Positions 1 to 12,599 of a stretch of DNA of 64,000 bases are shown piece by piece. Under the pieces are notes generated by a model. That model was not told the origin of the DNA, made no database searches, and saw only the letters and a list, made by a program, of their open reading frames with translations. Each line of letters starts with the position of its first letter. Position 1 is the first letter of the stretch. Made by a program: the position numbers and the translations under genes. Source of the DNA: Podarcis bocagei (lineage: Eukaryota); assembly GCA_964188305.1 (NCBI GenBank), contig OZ076897.1; one strand, given 5' to 3'.

Positions 1-155
1 CGTTTACCTTCCTGCCAGACGTGCTTTCAAACTGCTAGGTTGGCAGGAGCTGGGACTGAGCAATGGGAGCTCACCCCGTCGCGGGTATTCGAACTGCCAA
101 CCTTCTGATCAGCATGCCCTAGGCTCTGTGGTTTAACCCACAGCGCCACCCGTGT
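1..155 (-). mobile_element. Sauria SINE, 5' half, cut by the window edge, about 30-bp internal deletion
   Basis: Matches 46945-47132 (ctgtggtttaacccacagcgccaccc; tRNA-like head on the minus strand) but lacks the cggtacctatttatctacttgcactttg segment. Confidence 0.88.
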
Positions 156-159
156 TTGC

Positions 160-770
160 AGTAGGTCACCCTAAAAGAAACATGTCTGCCACATTCTGCA
201 CTGGCTGCAGCTTCCTGAACAGCCTCAGGGGCAGCCCCATGCAGAGTGCATTACAATAGTCCAGTCTAGAGGTTACTATGAAGCAGCAGGGCAAGGCTCT
301 CCCTGTCATGCCATGGTGTTCGTGAAGTCCCAGCTTGGTGCAGTCAAGGTAGCCTCGGCGTGAATGTTGAAGCCTCCCAGAATGATTGTGCTGGGATCCT
401 CCAACATCACGCCTGAGACTGCCTCTGCCACCTTGTGTAAGGATGTCCGTGGGCAGCAGGTTGGGTGGTATACCAGCAAGCAGCATCTGTCTTTCTGGTC
501 CAATGTTGGGTACAATTCCTCAAGTCTTGCACTGGAGCAAAAAGGTAAAGGAGATAGGATTCCTAGGGGTAATGGTGACTCCTGCCCCAAACTTCCAGGT
601 TGGACTGATCCTGCATCAAATACCCAGCTGAGCAGAGCTGAGTCAGATCAACTCCACCCACCTTGTACAGCCAGGTTTTGGTACTAAATGCTATGTCAGG
701 ACCTTCATCCACAATCAACCGGAAGTGTTCAAGCAGGTCAACCAGAATATTAATAGTCCTGCTCACTTTG
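160..770 (-). mobile_element. Degraded, internally deleted L2 LINE (APE endonuclease piece fused to post-RT piece)
   Basis: Frameshifted translations: LIVDEGPDIAFSTKTWL and IILGGFNIHAE (ETW / GDFN-type endonuclease motifs) followed directly by VTSRLDYCNALCMGLPL, which matches VISRLDYCNALYVGLPL in the L2 at 55833-56825. Confidence 0.85.
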
Positions 771-1763
771 CTAAAATTAAATGTAGATTGATGAGGTTTT
801 AGGGATTTATTAGAGCAACGGTGTTGGCAGGATGGGCTAGCGAGTTACATAGCATTACTAATTAGTATTTTGTTTTCTAGGAAAAAAACTATGCTCTCTT
901 TAAAAGTTGCCCATATACATAGCATTTTTATTCACATTGCTTCTTAAAATGATATGTTGGTGTGACTTGAACGATCCGAGGTTCTTTTAAGTAAAAAGGA
1001 AAAAATAAAGAAAAGTTCAGCTCCCTGAGCTATAACCAGCTTTTAGCCCAGAGCAAATTTTTATGGCTGGGTTATAAAATCCTTCAAAAACAAGATTCAT
1101 AATGGAAGTGCTGACACAGGCTTCAACTGCTATACAGAAGTGTGAATGGCGCCGCTATAATATCTATTAAGGATTCTTTAAAAGTTGGGGGTTGGGGGTT
1201 GGGGGGAATAGTGTCTCTTGCTTTGCATAAAAAAGAAAAGAAACCAGAGGACTTTATGCCAACATAAACATGCATTTAACCCATTATATACTAATTTGCA
1301 GGAAAGCCCTTAATTCTGAATAAGCATTGCAGAACCCAGTACCAACAGGAAATGTTAGTCTAAATTCCTGTTTTGCCTCTAACATGTTTTTAATCACTTC
1401 CATGAAGCACGCATGAGGGTTACAAAGTCAGAAAAGGAAGGGATTGTATGAGGGAAGCAAATGTGATTATGCGATAAAAACGAGAGCAGAGAAAAATGGA
1501 AACCTTCGTAAGGAAGACTCCTGGTATTGGTATTTTGTCTTAGTTATTTCACATGCTCCGGCTGTTGTCCTATTCACAGTTGCCTGGGGGTTAAGCTCCC
1601 TTCAACTCTTTGGAACTGACTTCAGAGTTAATGTGAGCAGGGGGGGAAAGTTGGTTGCTTCTAAAATTATTTGGCTTGGCCTATGCGGCAATTCCAATAG
1701 TTCCAGAGCTAAAGCTGCTTAGTCTTGAAGGAAAGGCACTCTGCACATGCTCAGAGAAACACA

Positions 1764-1948
1764 GGAAGCTGCCTTACACTTAAGTCAGACCACCAGTGAT
1801 GCATCAAGCTCAGCGTGTACAATGATTGGCAGCAGCTTCCCTGGGTTTCAGACAGAAGCCCTTCCCCAGACCTACCTGGAGACGCTGGTGAAGGAACCTG
1901 GGACTTTCTGCATGCAAAGAAGATGCTCTGTCACTGTGCTACAATCCA
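1764..1948 (-). mobile_element. tRNA-derived SINE (squamate family with tRNA-Ala-like head, ~190 bp)
   Basis: ggaagctgcctta...cctacctggaga...gaacctgggactttctgcatgcaaag; homologous to copies at 3075, 12600, 17533, 53897, 59984 and 60768. Confidence 0.8.
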
Positions 1949-3074
1949 TCTATCTTTTTTTATGGTTGCTGCTTCATATGAAATGAGCTCAGGCCTTCAT
2001 AACAGAAGCCACAAATGGTTCTATTTTAATTTGCAATCAATTCATTAGGAGAGCTGCAGTTAGTGGATATTTGGCGTTTCACCTGTCTCCTCAGAACGAC
2101 AAAAGTACCTTTTAAGTGTTTATGCTGTCAGTCTCAATTCATTCTCCCTCCCTTCTGCTCCTATGATATTAACACTCTCGCAAAGTGCCGTCATATCTGA
2201 GTCAACAACCGTGCTTCCTTCAGAATTCTGTGGTTTGAGTTCCTCAAAAACTGTTACTATCGAAAACCCGAAAAAAACACCCTATCCAGCTACCCTTTGC
2301 CTCAGAGCTGGCTTGACTAGACAAGAAGAGGAGCCAGTGGCAACATGAAGCACTTCTCCTAGACTAAACTATAACAAAGAAGGAGTTGATGTTAGTTATG
2401 GCTCTCCTTCAAATTCAACAACAAAAGTATACAAAGGGCGCGCTTGCAAGCATGCGAAAAAAAGCCCACTAAAATAAATATATATCTTTCAGGAGTCTAT
2501 TTAGTTTGGCTTTTAAAAGTATTCGCGCATAATCCACAATGTCGCCTTCCAGAGATATCCAAATTAGGGCTGCTTTTATGTGGCAACAGGAGGAAACATG
2601 ACACAGATCTCAACCAAAATTGAACAGTGGATATACCGTATTTAACGGCATTGTTCTTGCTGCTTCCTAAGCCTGCTTGCTTAGCCGGCTGGTAACAAAG
2701 TGGGGGAAATTTGCTAAATGTCAGTTTAGATGGATGGATTTGACTAGTTCCCCTCCACCCTAGTCACTAGTGTTGAAGGCTAAAGTAGGGAATGCAGGAA
2801 ACTGCCTGATATCTGTTCAATTTGTCCCTCTGTATAGTTTTGTCCCTAGTATAGTTTTCACTCTCTCTTGATGGCTCTTTGTGGTCTCAGGTGGGGGTCT
2901 TTCACATCACCTGTCACCTTAAAAAAAAAACCACTTTGGAAATGTCAGGACTTGGACCTTGAAGCTTTTTATGGCAGCGAGATGAAGAGGAAAGGTCTTC
3001 TGCAACATTCATAGTTGTGTAGAAATGGAAGTCATAGCAAGTGTTACATAACTGGCACCTACTGAATTTATTGA

Positions 3075-3252
3075 AGGAGGCCCATGGCTCAATGGTGGAA
3101 CATCTGCTATGCCTGCAGAAGCTTTCAGGTTCAATCCCTGGCATCTCTGCATATGCCTGGGTGCCTGAAACCCTAGAGAGAAACTGCAAGTCACTTTAAA
3201 TGATATTGAGCTAGATGGGACCGATGGTCAGTACACAGCCGCTTCCTGTGAT
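3075..3252 (+). mobile_element. tRNA-derived SINE (same family)
   Basis: A-box-like tggctcaatggtgg, B-box-like ggttcaatccc, 3' end gagctagatgggacc...gcttcctgtg. Confidence 0.8.
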
Positions 3253-3291
3253 CCATCAAACTGTCAAAGGTACAGGAGCCCTGCCTTCTTT

Positions 3292-3390
3292 GGAACATAA
3301 GAGCATAAGAACATAAGAAGCGCCTGCCGGATCAGGCCCATGGCCCATCTTATCCAGCAGCTTGCTCTCACAGTGGTCAATGAGATGCCC
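3292..3390 (-). mobile_element. CR1 LINE 3' tail fragment
   Basis: (cataagaa)n octamer tail followed by gcctgccggatcaggcc...ctcacagtgg; same tail at 35540, 42815, 47625. Confidence 0.72.
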
Positions 3391-3834
3391 TTTGCGTCTC
3401 GCCGCTTTCTATACGCAAAACATGCACCCTACTGAACTACAGACCATCTCCAGTGCACCTTGAGCCCTGTTCACTCATTCTTTCCACCTACCCACATGTA
3501 ATTACCCTTGTGCGAGGGGGAGCGGATGGAGGTGAGTCCATTGGGATATCCCCCTGCCACACGTTCCCCATTCCTGAAGCTCACCCCTCCCCCTCTCAAA
3601 TAGGCATCCATAAGATTTAGAACCTTGATCTTCCAGGGTTCTTAATTACGTGGAGAGCCTACTCAAGGAGGGCAGGCTCTCCGTTGTAGCTATTCAGCCC
3701 CCAACATATACATGGGGGGAAACAACTGGATGACACAGGGGGGGGCTGCCCTGCTTAGTTGACCTCCCTATGTCTAAGTCACCGCCACTGGGGAACCCTT
3801 GAGAGTCAGTCCTACTGAACTCAGTAAAACAATG

Positions 3835-4066
3835 ATTACATCTATATCCTGTCTTTACTCCAAAGAGCTGATGCTAGTCTACATGGTACTCTCTCTCTCT
3901 CTCCCCCCCCCCTTTTTACCCTCCCAAGAACCCTGTGAGAAAGGCTAGGTTGAGGGACAATGACTGGTCTAAGATCACTCAGTGAGCTTCATGGCTGAAA
4001 GGAGATTCGAACCTGGGTCTTCTCAGTCCTAATCTGACACTAACCGCTACTCTGCACAGGCTCTCT
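3835..4066 (-). mobile_element. MIR/Squam3-like tRNA SINE
   Basis: accctgtgag...cactcagtgagcttcatggctga...gattcgaacctgggtc; homologous to 10215-10452. Confidence 0.78.
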
Positions 4067-4366
4067 TGACTTCTGTCCAAGTAAAAATGTGTCAACTGTA
4101 ACCGTTCTTTGGCTGCAACCCTAAACATGTGTACTAGGAAAGAAGTCTAGCTGAACTAAAAATATTTAGGGCTGGACTGTACATCTATTCTTAGACATAA
4201 GAGCCCTAAAGGTCTGCAGAAGTCACAAGCAATGCAATATCAATGTTAAAAGCAAATCCTAGAAAACAGTAATTTCCACTTCACCTGCTGTTAACTTTGG
4301 CATGTATTAGCACACTGCGCATGGCAGTCTTTGGTAGATGCTTCAATAATGTCTACATCTACATAC

Positions 4367-4456
4367 CTTCCTTCACGTCTTGCTTCTTTTCTTGAGTTTC
4401 TATCTCAGAGTCATTCTGTGCTTTTGGTTCAACCAATTCTTCATCGTCTTCATCCT
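4367..4456 (-). CDS. DYNC1I1: DYNC1I1 internal coding exon (90 nt, equivalent to mammalian exon 7)
   Basis: Strong pyrimidine tract ctttcttttctctttctctttag|AG GAT GAA...AAG GAA G|gtatgt = (E)DEDDEELVEPKAQNDSEIETQEKKQDVKE, aligning to recalled human EDEEDEEMVESKVGQDSELENQDKKQEVKE; phase 1-1, in frame with the 116-nt exon. Confidence 0.95.
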
Positions 4457-6728
4457 CTAAAGAGAAAGAGAAAAGAAAGGAGGAGAAATTGTGAAAATTA
4501 AGAATTCCAGGATATACCAAGGTTTTCTTCAATGCTACTTTTGTACAATAGACAAATGGACAAGCAACAGCAAAAGTGTAGCATTATTTGATTCTGCAGA
4601 AAATGCAGATAGTGCTTTTATTCACAACTCTTTGACTACAAGTATCACTCGTTCAAATTTCATTTATCTGTTTTTTTCCTACTTTTTATCGTGAATAGGG
4701 ACTTCTCAGTGGTGTTTCCTACCCTATGAAATACCTTTTTAGCAAAGAAATGGCTCCCTCCTTTGGTTCGTGCTTTTAAGAACATTTTAAAAACTCGTTT
4801 TGGCTTTTAATTGAAAGCTTTTCTTGCATAAGCTGTTGCTGGGGTTTCTGCTGGGGTTTTGCTAAATTTTATTAGCCGGCTGTCCTATTGAGATTTGTAT
4901 TGTATGTTTTAAGCTTGCTGTTTTTAATGGAATCGTTTGTTAGATATACTTTAAAATATGCATTAAAACAGAACTTGTTTTTAAATAGATTTTATGAGGA
5001 ACGGGGATGGGAAAGGCTTAGTGAAACCATGCAAAAGTGCTGTCTCCTAGCCCTACTCAGTAACAGCAGTGGCTGGCAGGGGGGAGTTGCATTGTTTTAC
5101 CAGGCTTCCTAACATGGAGGTCAGGGTCAATAACCGAAAGCAGGGGAGGTGGCAGGAAGGTCAGTGCAGTGCAAGTGCAGTGGCAGGAGCATATGATTGG
5201 CTCTGCTGCTGCACCCACACTGTGCCAACCTCCCTGCTGCCTCCCTCTCCTCCTCTTGGTTACCAGCAGCACCTTCACATTGGAAAGTAATGTAAGCAAT
5301 GGAACCCTTCCATACTCTGTAAAAACCACACCTCTAAATCAGGTGAGACTACAATCAGTTCACTTGCACTGCAAACTCAAAAACGGCTGCAAACCAGCTC
5401 TGGGGGCTGGGGAATGGGGCTACAACAGGGAAGACAAAGAAACGCAATGGTTTGGGCAGGACGATGGAATTCTCATGAGTGAGCCAACTCTAAAGGAAAA
5501 AGAGCCCTCTGAAAAACTCTGGAGTGTCTTATACAATTACCTGTTCATGCCCAGTTGAGTCTCTGGAGTCACACTGCTCAAACAACAGCCCACCAGGCCA
5601 CATCACAGCAAATTATTTTTGAAGCTCTGCAAAGTTAGAAAATCCGTTTGTGATGTGTGCCGGCATGGTGGTCTGCTGTTCAAAGAAAATAACCCTAAGG
5701 CCGCAATCCTACTTACTTAAGGAGTAAACTCCCGTGAACTACGCATGATCTGATTTGGAGTGGACGCGCACTGGGTTAGTTCATTAATTCTGTGTGTGAG
5801 CTCTTGGGTGCGTCTAGGCTTTCTGGAGGCAAGTGTGGTCCTTGCATTTGTTCGGTTATTTGCCCACCAAAGTCCAGAAAAATAGCTTGCAAATATGCTG
5901 AAGCAGAAGCATGAGAGACGTTGGCTGCCATAAATCTGCAAGATATTCTTGAGCTAGTCACCTGTTCCATTCTCTTCCCTGCAGCAACTTTCCATCTCGG
6001 ATGACTTAAGCTTGACTTGTTCTCCCCAGAGACATCTTTGCAGCCAGCAAAGCGGAGCAGCAGGGGGAGAGAAAGGCATACGCGTTTCAGCTTGGCAGCT
6101 ACCCTACTAATGGGACACCTGTTATTTAAACACCTCATTTCCAATTCAATTCTCACCAGATTAATTTGTCTTTTGACCTACAAGGAAGGGTTAAATAGAA
6201 TCCTGACCCCCAGGTCAGATGCCACTGGCAAGCAAACAGGCATGGCACAGTTCTGAAAAGTCATCACCACTCGATTTGGAGAACGCGGCAGCCATGAGAT
6301 GCATTTGGGAGCTTTAAGAACAGTTCAGCATTAATACGAATTTAATGAGCGCTGAAAATTGACACATGTCAGCTACCACTAACAGATGTTTCACTGGCCT
6401 TTCTTGACCTATGCAAATCTCTCCACTCCTGCTTCTCCTTCTCCCAAACCCCACTCATGGAGTCTTCCTTTTCCTGTCATTTGTGTCGCGCTGCGTTTGC
6501 CTTAAGCTACAAAGGGCCTGAACATCCAGGTCAATGTACAGCTCCTCAAGGGTGATGAAAAGCACCCAACATGAGAAAAAGCCGCAGAAATCAAACTGAC
6601 CAGCTAGAAGCACCCATAGGGCACAGCTTGGGAGGGGAGCAGGATTGCTTTCCGTGTGGGAGATGCCAGGTTCAAAACAATCCCCTGACGTGCCCAGTTC
6701 AAAACAATCACAAATTGAAAGTCTACTG

Positions 6729-6865
6729 CAGGTATAGGCAAACTCGGCCCTCCAGATGTTTTGAGACTACAGTTCCCATCATCCCTGACCACTGGTCCTG
6801 TTAGCTAGGGATGATGGGAGTTGTAGTCCCAAAAACGTCTGGAGGGCCAAGTTTGCCTATGCCTG
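6729..6865. mobile_element. hAT-type palindromic MITE with 8-bp TSD gtctactg
   Basis: TIRs caggtataggcaaact / agtttgcctatgcctg; almost the whole element is an inverted repeat; gtctactg at 6721-6728 and 6866-6873. Confidence 0.92.
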
Positions 6866-7297
6866 GTCTACTGGGTGGGTGGACACTGGGTGGCCTAAGT
6901 AGAGAGAGTAGCGGTGCAGATGGACCAAAATTCTGATTCTACAGCCAGCAACATCATATGTTCATATATAACTCACAGCCTTCTTGCATGCATGCATGGC
7001 AGTAGTGTGGATAGTAGCTATAAAAGCAGGAAATTCTCGCAAGCAGTGAGCTGCAGGTCTCAACCATGTGACCAGTTAACACAAGAATCGGGCCTGACTT
7101 TCCACACATATCCAGAACATGTGTGTATGGAAGGGAGGGCCATGGAAGGCCTTTGCCCTCACCATATTCACATCCGTTGGTCTACTAAGCTGTGGCAACA
7201 TCGTATGATGATATACTGTACTTCCTGTCAAATAGATTAAAGTCACTTGCATACTGAAAATGAAGGTATTGCTATTAATAATAATATTGGTACTTTT

Positions 7298-7430
7298 AAT
7301 AATAATAAAAAACTTTTATTTATATCCCACCCTCCCCGGCCGAAGTCGGGCGCAGGGCAGCTAACATCAGATACATAACATTAGTATCAAACAATAATTA
7401 AATTACCTCCTAAAAGAAATTACCTCCTTT
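7298..7430 (-). mobile_element. Probable L2-type LINE 3' end
   Basis: (aat)n tail then tttatttatatcccacc...cagggcagctaac, the same layout as other L2 tails in the window. Confidence 0.45.
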
Positions 7431-8124
7431 ATCTGACAGAAAGTCTTCTGGTTCATTAGAACTTATTTCCAAGCAGGTTTGCAAGAGGAAAGTCTGAGTT
7501 GATTTGATGTATAGTTTGTACACAATCTGTTTGGGGTTTTTTTTGCGGGGGGTGGGGATTCCAAAGTCATTTCCATCTACTTGCTTGGCAATCATTTATC
7601 AAATGTGATTGGCTTTTTCAAGTTAGCAAACTTGTGACCATTGTTCTAATTTGTTGAAGGTCTGAAATGCATATATTTTTCATGGCACGTGAACTATTTC
7701 TCTCCCTGCTGCGATTTTCCATGGGGATTGGATCTCATAAGTGAAGCATATTTGTGTGCATTGGTAATAGACCTTCTTTTATAACTTGATTTTGAGTCAT
7801 TACCAAGAGTCTCCCATATCTGCATATACTATCCATCAGTTGGCTTTAAGTAATCCTTAATATGTTTCAGTTCAAAATGTGGAGGGTCCCTGGGGGCCAG
7901 AACAATGCTCCTATTTAAACTACATGCTAGAGATCCTTCTAAGAGACCTGTCTGCCTTTCACTTCAAAGGGATGGATTTATAACCAAGTTTTCATCTCTA
8001 AAAGAAGAAACCAACTTCCTCTACTGCTTTCTAAATTGCCACCAACCTTTAGAAATTGCAGCTTATTCCAGTGCAATCTACTGCAATATGTTGGGAGTTA
8101 CCCACAAAGATTTCTGGATGGTCA

Positions 8125-8224
8125 TGGAAACTTTAGATTCCCGCATTGCAGAGGGCTGGATTAGATGACCCTCGGGATCCCTTCCAACTCCACAAATCTA
8201 TGATTCTGTGATTCTATAATCCTA
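8125..8224 (+). mobile_element. CR1 LINE 3' tail
   Basis: ggattagatgaccctcgggatcccttccaactc followed by (attctrtg)n octamer repeats typical of CR1 ends. Confidence 0.8.
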
Positions 8225-8288
8225 TAACTACTCCTATTATTCCACACACATTTCATAGAACTCACCCAAGTCAACAAACAATGGGCCT

Positions 8289-8847
8289 GACAGGAGTAAG
8301 CATGGATCAATGGTACCAAATAGTATGGGAACAGCCCTACTAGAAAAATTAACCAATAAACTGAAACTGACACGGGGACAAATAGAAGAAGACACCTTCA
8401 CCCCAGTATGGCTCCCCTTTATCACACACACAGCCCAACAAGACAATGACAAAAATCCACCAGCAGCATACAAATCAACATGGCTAACCTGATCCAAAAC
8501 ACCCACCCACCGCACTCACACATGAAAACAAAGACCGCCACAGCCAACCACAAATGAACAACCACACTCTAGGCCAACCCCAACCTCTCTCACCACCAAA
8601 GGAACACAAGTGAACAGCAAAGAACCTGCACAAGCAACGCTGACACTAAACCCTACATATACTAAGAAAAATAGAAACATCGCCACCCAACCCCAACCCC
8701 ACCCATCTTTCCCCCCCTCCACCTCTTTCCCCCTTTTCTTCCCAATGAAACTGATTTGTTAAAATGTTACATTGGGGGGGGGAGGGAATACAAGAGAGAG
8801 ACATCGCACACACTTTTGTAAATCAAGAAAATCTTTAATAAAATAAA
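8289..8847 (+). mobile_element. 5'-truncated L1-clade LINE (ORF2 C-terminus plus 3'UTR), 16-bp TSD
   Basis: Encodes ...TALLEKLTNKLKLTRGQIEEDTFTPVWLPFIT...* (EKLT...F...W.PF pattern of L1 ORF2 ends); AATAAA plus A-rich tail; TSD aacaaacaatgggcct at 8273-8288 and 8848-8863; near-identical to 52420-52941. Confidence 0.85.
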
Positions 8848-10214
8848 AACAAACAATGGGCCTCCTAAGCTCTTTGTTCAGGAAACCCACGATTGCTCCT
8901 TTGTCCTAAACCATGGTTTGTTTTCGTATTACATGCAAACTTGGCCAAATTAGGCTTGGCGCTGATCATGGGTGTTATAATGACACTTCATTATCACATG
9001 GAAGTGGCTAATATGGTGTCCTTACCTGGATGGGGCAGGATCTTAGCAAGGTCAGGGCTGCACAAGCACAGTCAACCCAGTGCTCCTGCCAGCCCCAATC
9101 TCGCCACCTCCTTCCCCATCCAGGTAAGTGGCAGTGATTCCAGTGTCAGGAGGGGGGCTCCACAGCACCAACTCACCATACCAGCTGCTCTTACTACCAT
9201 ATAAAGTGTGAACAAAAGACATGGATGTAGCATGGACATGTAAGCGAGCTACCAATCAATCAAGTTCCTTCACGGAAAATGCATAGGTTCGCAGTTACAT
9301 GTGTCTGCCGTTCAGCTTCCCGTTTCAACAACAGAATGACACCAATGGCTTCCCATAAGGCATAAAATGTAAGGCTGCCTTAATCCACTTACTATATCTG
9401 AATTTTAACTGTGTCCCCACCAGCCTAACATTTGAGATAAGTATCACTTCAGCACTAAAATGCCCTCTTCCAATTCAGTTACACTACAGGAGAAAAATGA
9501 GAACATAAAGGGGAAAGAACATTAATTATCAAAATTACATCCCTCTTACAAATTCCTTGAAAACAGTTTTCTTGCTTCTTCTGGTGGTATGCATACCATC
9601 AGCTACAGTTATTTCCCCCTCCCCAACCCCCACCGTTAAAAATAAAAAAAGTATTTTCATTGGGACATGTGGTTTTCGTTTTTATGTAGTTGCGCTCTCG
9701 TTGTTCAACCAGTTTACTAAGCGGCTAAATATTCGTCTAAGATTTATGTAAAGCAGACCCCCCTCATTGCTGATATATGCACTACCAGCTCAACAGCTAT
9801 GGCATCTGTTGCTCCCTGGAGTTTGAGATTTACACCTCCTTGGATTTGCACCTCTGAGGCTAGTTAAGAGATCATAACTCCTGTGTATGGGTTTATGTAT
9901 CAAGAGCCATGCTGAATTAGACTGACAGCACCATGTTTCAATCTGTATAATTACAAATGATCCCCCTCCCTTATTAATAACACACCTTTAAAACAATGGT
10001 ATGTTAGTAAATCGAAACAAACTATGGATCTTGCGCTGTGAATTAGGGCTGTGTTTGGTGGGTTAGGAGGGCAAAAGTGGAGCTGGTTACATGCTCCAAG
10101 ACCAAGAAGCCATGGAAAGTTAGGAGAGAGTGGCTTTTGCAAAGGCTAGAAGTGGGAAGGGAGAAAATGGGTGCTCCTTAGCTTCCACAAAAGCAAGTGT
10201 CTTTTGGGAGGTTT

Positions 10215-10452
10215 TTCATTTATTCATTATTACAATTATATCCAACGTTTCCTCCATAAAGCTCAAAGTGGCATATTCAGTTCTCCCCTCCCTCCCCATT
10301 TTATCCTCACAACAACCCTGTGAAGTAGGTTAGGCCAGGAGAGTGTGACTGGCTTAAGGTCACCTGCTGAGCTTCATGGCTGAATGGGAATTTGAACCCT
10401 GGTCTCCCAGGTCCTGATTTAACAGCCTAACCAGTACACTTCACTGGGTCTC
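10215..10452 (-). mobile_element. MIR/Squam3-like tRNA SINE
   Basis: ccccattttatcctcacaacaaccctgtgaagtaggttaggc...gaatttgaaccctggtctccc. Confidence 0.82.
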
Positions 10453-11029
10453 CATCTTCAAGAAAAATACAGGCCTCATGGAAGCCTCCAGCTCGGTGCA
10501 GCCTGGAATCTCAATTTGGGCCCCAAGTTAAACCCATCTGGTGGCCAACACACCCATTCTAAAGACCTTCATCATCTTGCTTGACCTGAGACACGGTGCT
10601 ATTTATTATATTTTTATCTGCACAAAATTCAGGCTGGTACATATACGATGCCCCTCTACGTTACCCTCAGTGATAAAATGGGACATTTAAAAAACAGACC
10701 CCACAGTTCCCATAATGCTCTTGGAGCAGTGCTATTTCAGGTGTGCTCTGTGGGAAATTCAGGAAACAGTTGAGAATATATATGGCTGGATCTAGACTAA
10801 CAGTGCAGTTCTAATAATGTCTTCTCAGTAGTAAATCCCACTGAATTCAGTGGGGCTTACTTCTAGTAAGGAGAGGTAGGATTGCAGCTGTAGACATGCT
10901 TCGGGTAGATCCACTGAACTGAATGGGATTTATCATGATTAACTGAAGTTCCAAGGATTTCCATGGATTTATTCTAAGTAAAACTAAGTCATGATGCGAT
11001 CCAGAGCTTCAAGCAGAGAGATAGCTCAT

Positions 11030-11221
11030 TCTTATGCACACCTTACCCTAGTATATGCATTTTGGCACACATCACGGGGCTAGAAAAGTACACTGTGAAA
11101 TTCAAAGAAGTCCACATTTTGAAGGGTGGCTGTGTTTTGTTTCACATATTGTTTTGGAAAGTGCAAATAAGGTAAGTTTGCCTTTCAATGTGAACTAAAA
11201 CCACTTTCTTCCCCAACCCTA
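11030..11221. repeat. Interspersed repeat fragment (probable non-autonomous DNA transposon)
   Basis: cacaccttaccctagtat...ttttgaagggtggctgtg...aagtgcaaat; aligns to 19118-19305 and 30105-30183. Confidence 0.65.
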
Positions 11222-12599
11222 TTTGGCACCACCCCAAAGCCTGTAAAAAACACACCAAGTACTTCAGAATGAGGTTGCAAGGTGGAACATATTTATGCAA
11301 AAACAAAACAAACAACCCCCCAAACCATGTTTACATATAGTTCATAAATTTCCACAATTTCCTCTGAGTGCAGAATTTGTTTCCCCAATGCAATATTTGG
11401 GATCTCTGGATGCAGAGTGCAAAACAAGCCAGTCTATTTGCAAACAGTTTACTGAAACATTTGCCATGCGCTGCCTTGTTCAGTCTCTCACAAAGTTAAA
11501 TTTGCTAAACATTACTCTCTAAAGGTTACCGTATGTGCTATTTCTGGCTTGTGGATTCTCAGGCCTCCTGGTGTAGTATTTCTCATTTCCATCTCTTGGT
11601 TTTTTAGCTTCACCACTGAGCGCTGATTTTGTGTTTGCAAGTCAGCGTTGTTTTCATTGCACTCAGCCACTGCCCTAGAAAGGCAGGTCTTATTTTTCCA
11701 TTTTGTGACAAATGATGGAGTATCGCAGCCAAATGGCAAAGGGAAATGCCTCTGAACTTTTTGTTTATGATTTTTTCTTCTGGCATCTCATGATGCCCTG
11801 GGGCTGGCAAAGCCATCTTCACGGCCTCCCTGGCTACAAGTTGTTGTACTGGTCCAACTATTCCGTTTGGGATAATGCTGCAATATAATTATTTTCCTAC
11901 TAATTAAACATGGAGGGCAGTCTGTATTTGTTATGGAAGGAATCTGTCTAACCCCAGAAACTAATTTTCCTTGACCCAAGTGAATTTTGCTTGGTTGCAG
12001 CAAGAGTCTCCACATTCAGCATCCTTTGGCTATCGCCAGCTTAGACCAGCCATATACCTTTCTTCTAGAAATGTTTTTAAAGTGTTCATTAAACCCGAGC
12101 TGAAAATGCAAATAAACCTATTAAAGCTGATCAGGCACAGATTGTGTTTATAAAGAAACTCAGATAAACCTAATTGCTTGAGCAGAGAAACAGGAAGCCT
12201 TCCAGAAACAGGAAGCTCTCCTATACTTCCACCTGCTCAGGAGTCACCAGCCACCAGCCTAGAAAGTTCTTTTTAATGGGGCTGCAGTTATGCATATCAG
12301 TGCATCAGAAGGTTGTCAGCATCCTGTCCTTTCATTAGGGGCCCATTGTTATTTATTATTCATATTTCACAGCATTTATGTCACTTGGTTGTAATAAAAC
12401 CTCAAGGTTAGGCACTTCACATTACTTACACAGTATTCACTGAGACTTGGGTAGTGGTGAGGCACTAGGGATGAGCAACATGCCATTTCAATAATGCTGA
12501 ATATGTGTTGCCGTGAAACCACATCAGGACCAAGTGCTGCAGAGTCTCCATCCTTGCACTAATCGCCGCCACATGCTTATAGGAACAAGGGATGCAGAA

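Noticed and set aside
3075-3150. tRNA genes at SINE heads (also 17533, 35010, 47132, 54825)
   Set aside because: A/B-box-like sequences continue into SINE bodies and lack an intact cloverleaf.
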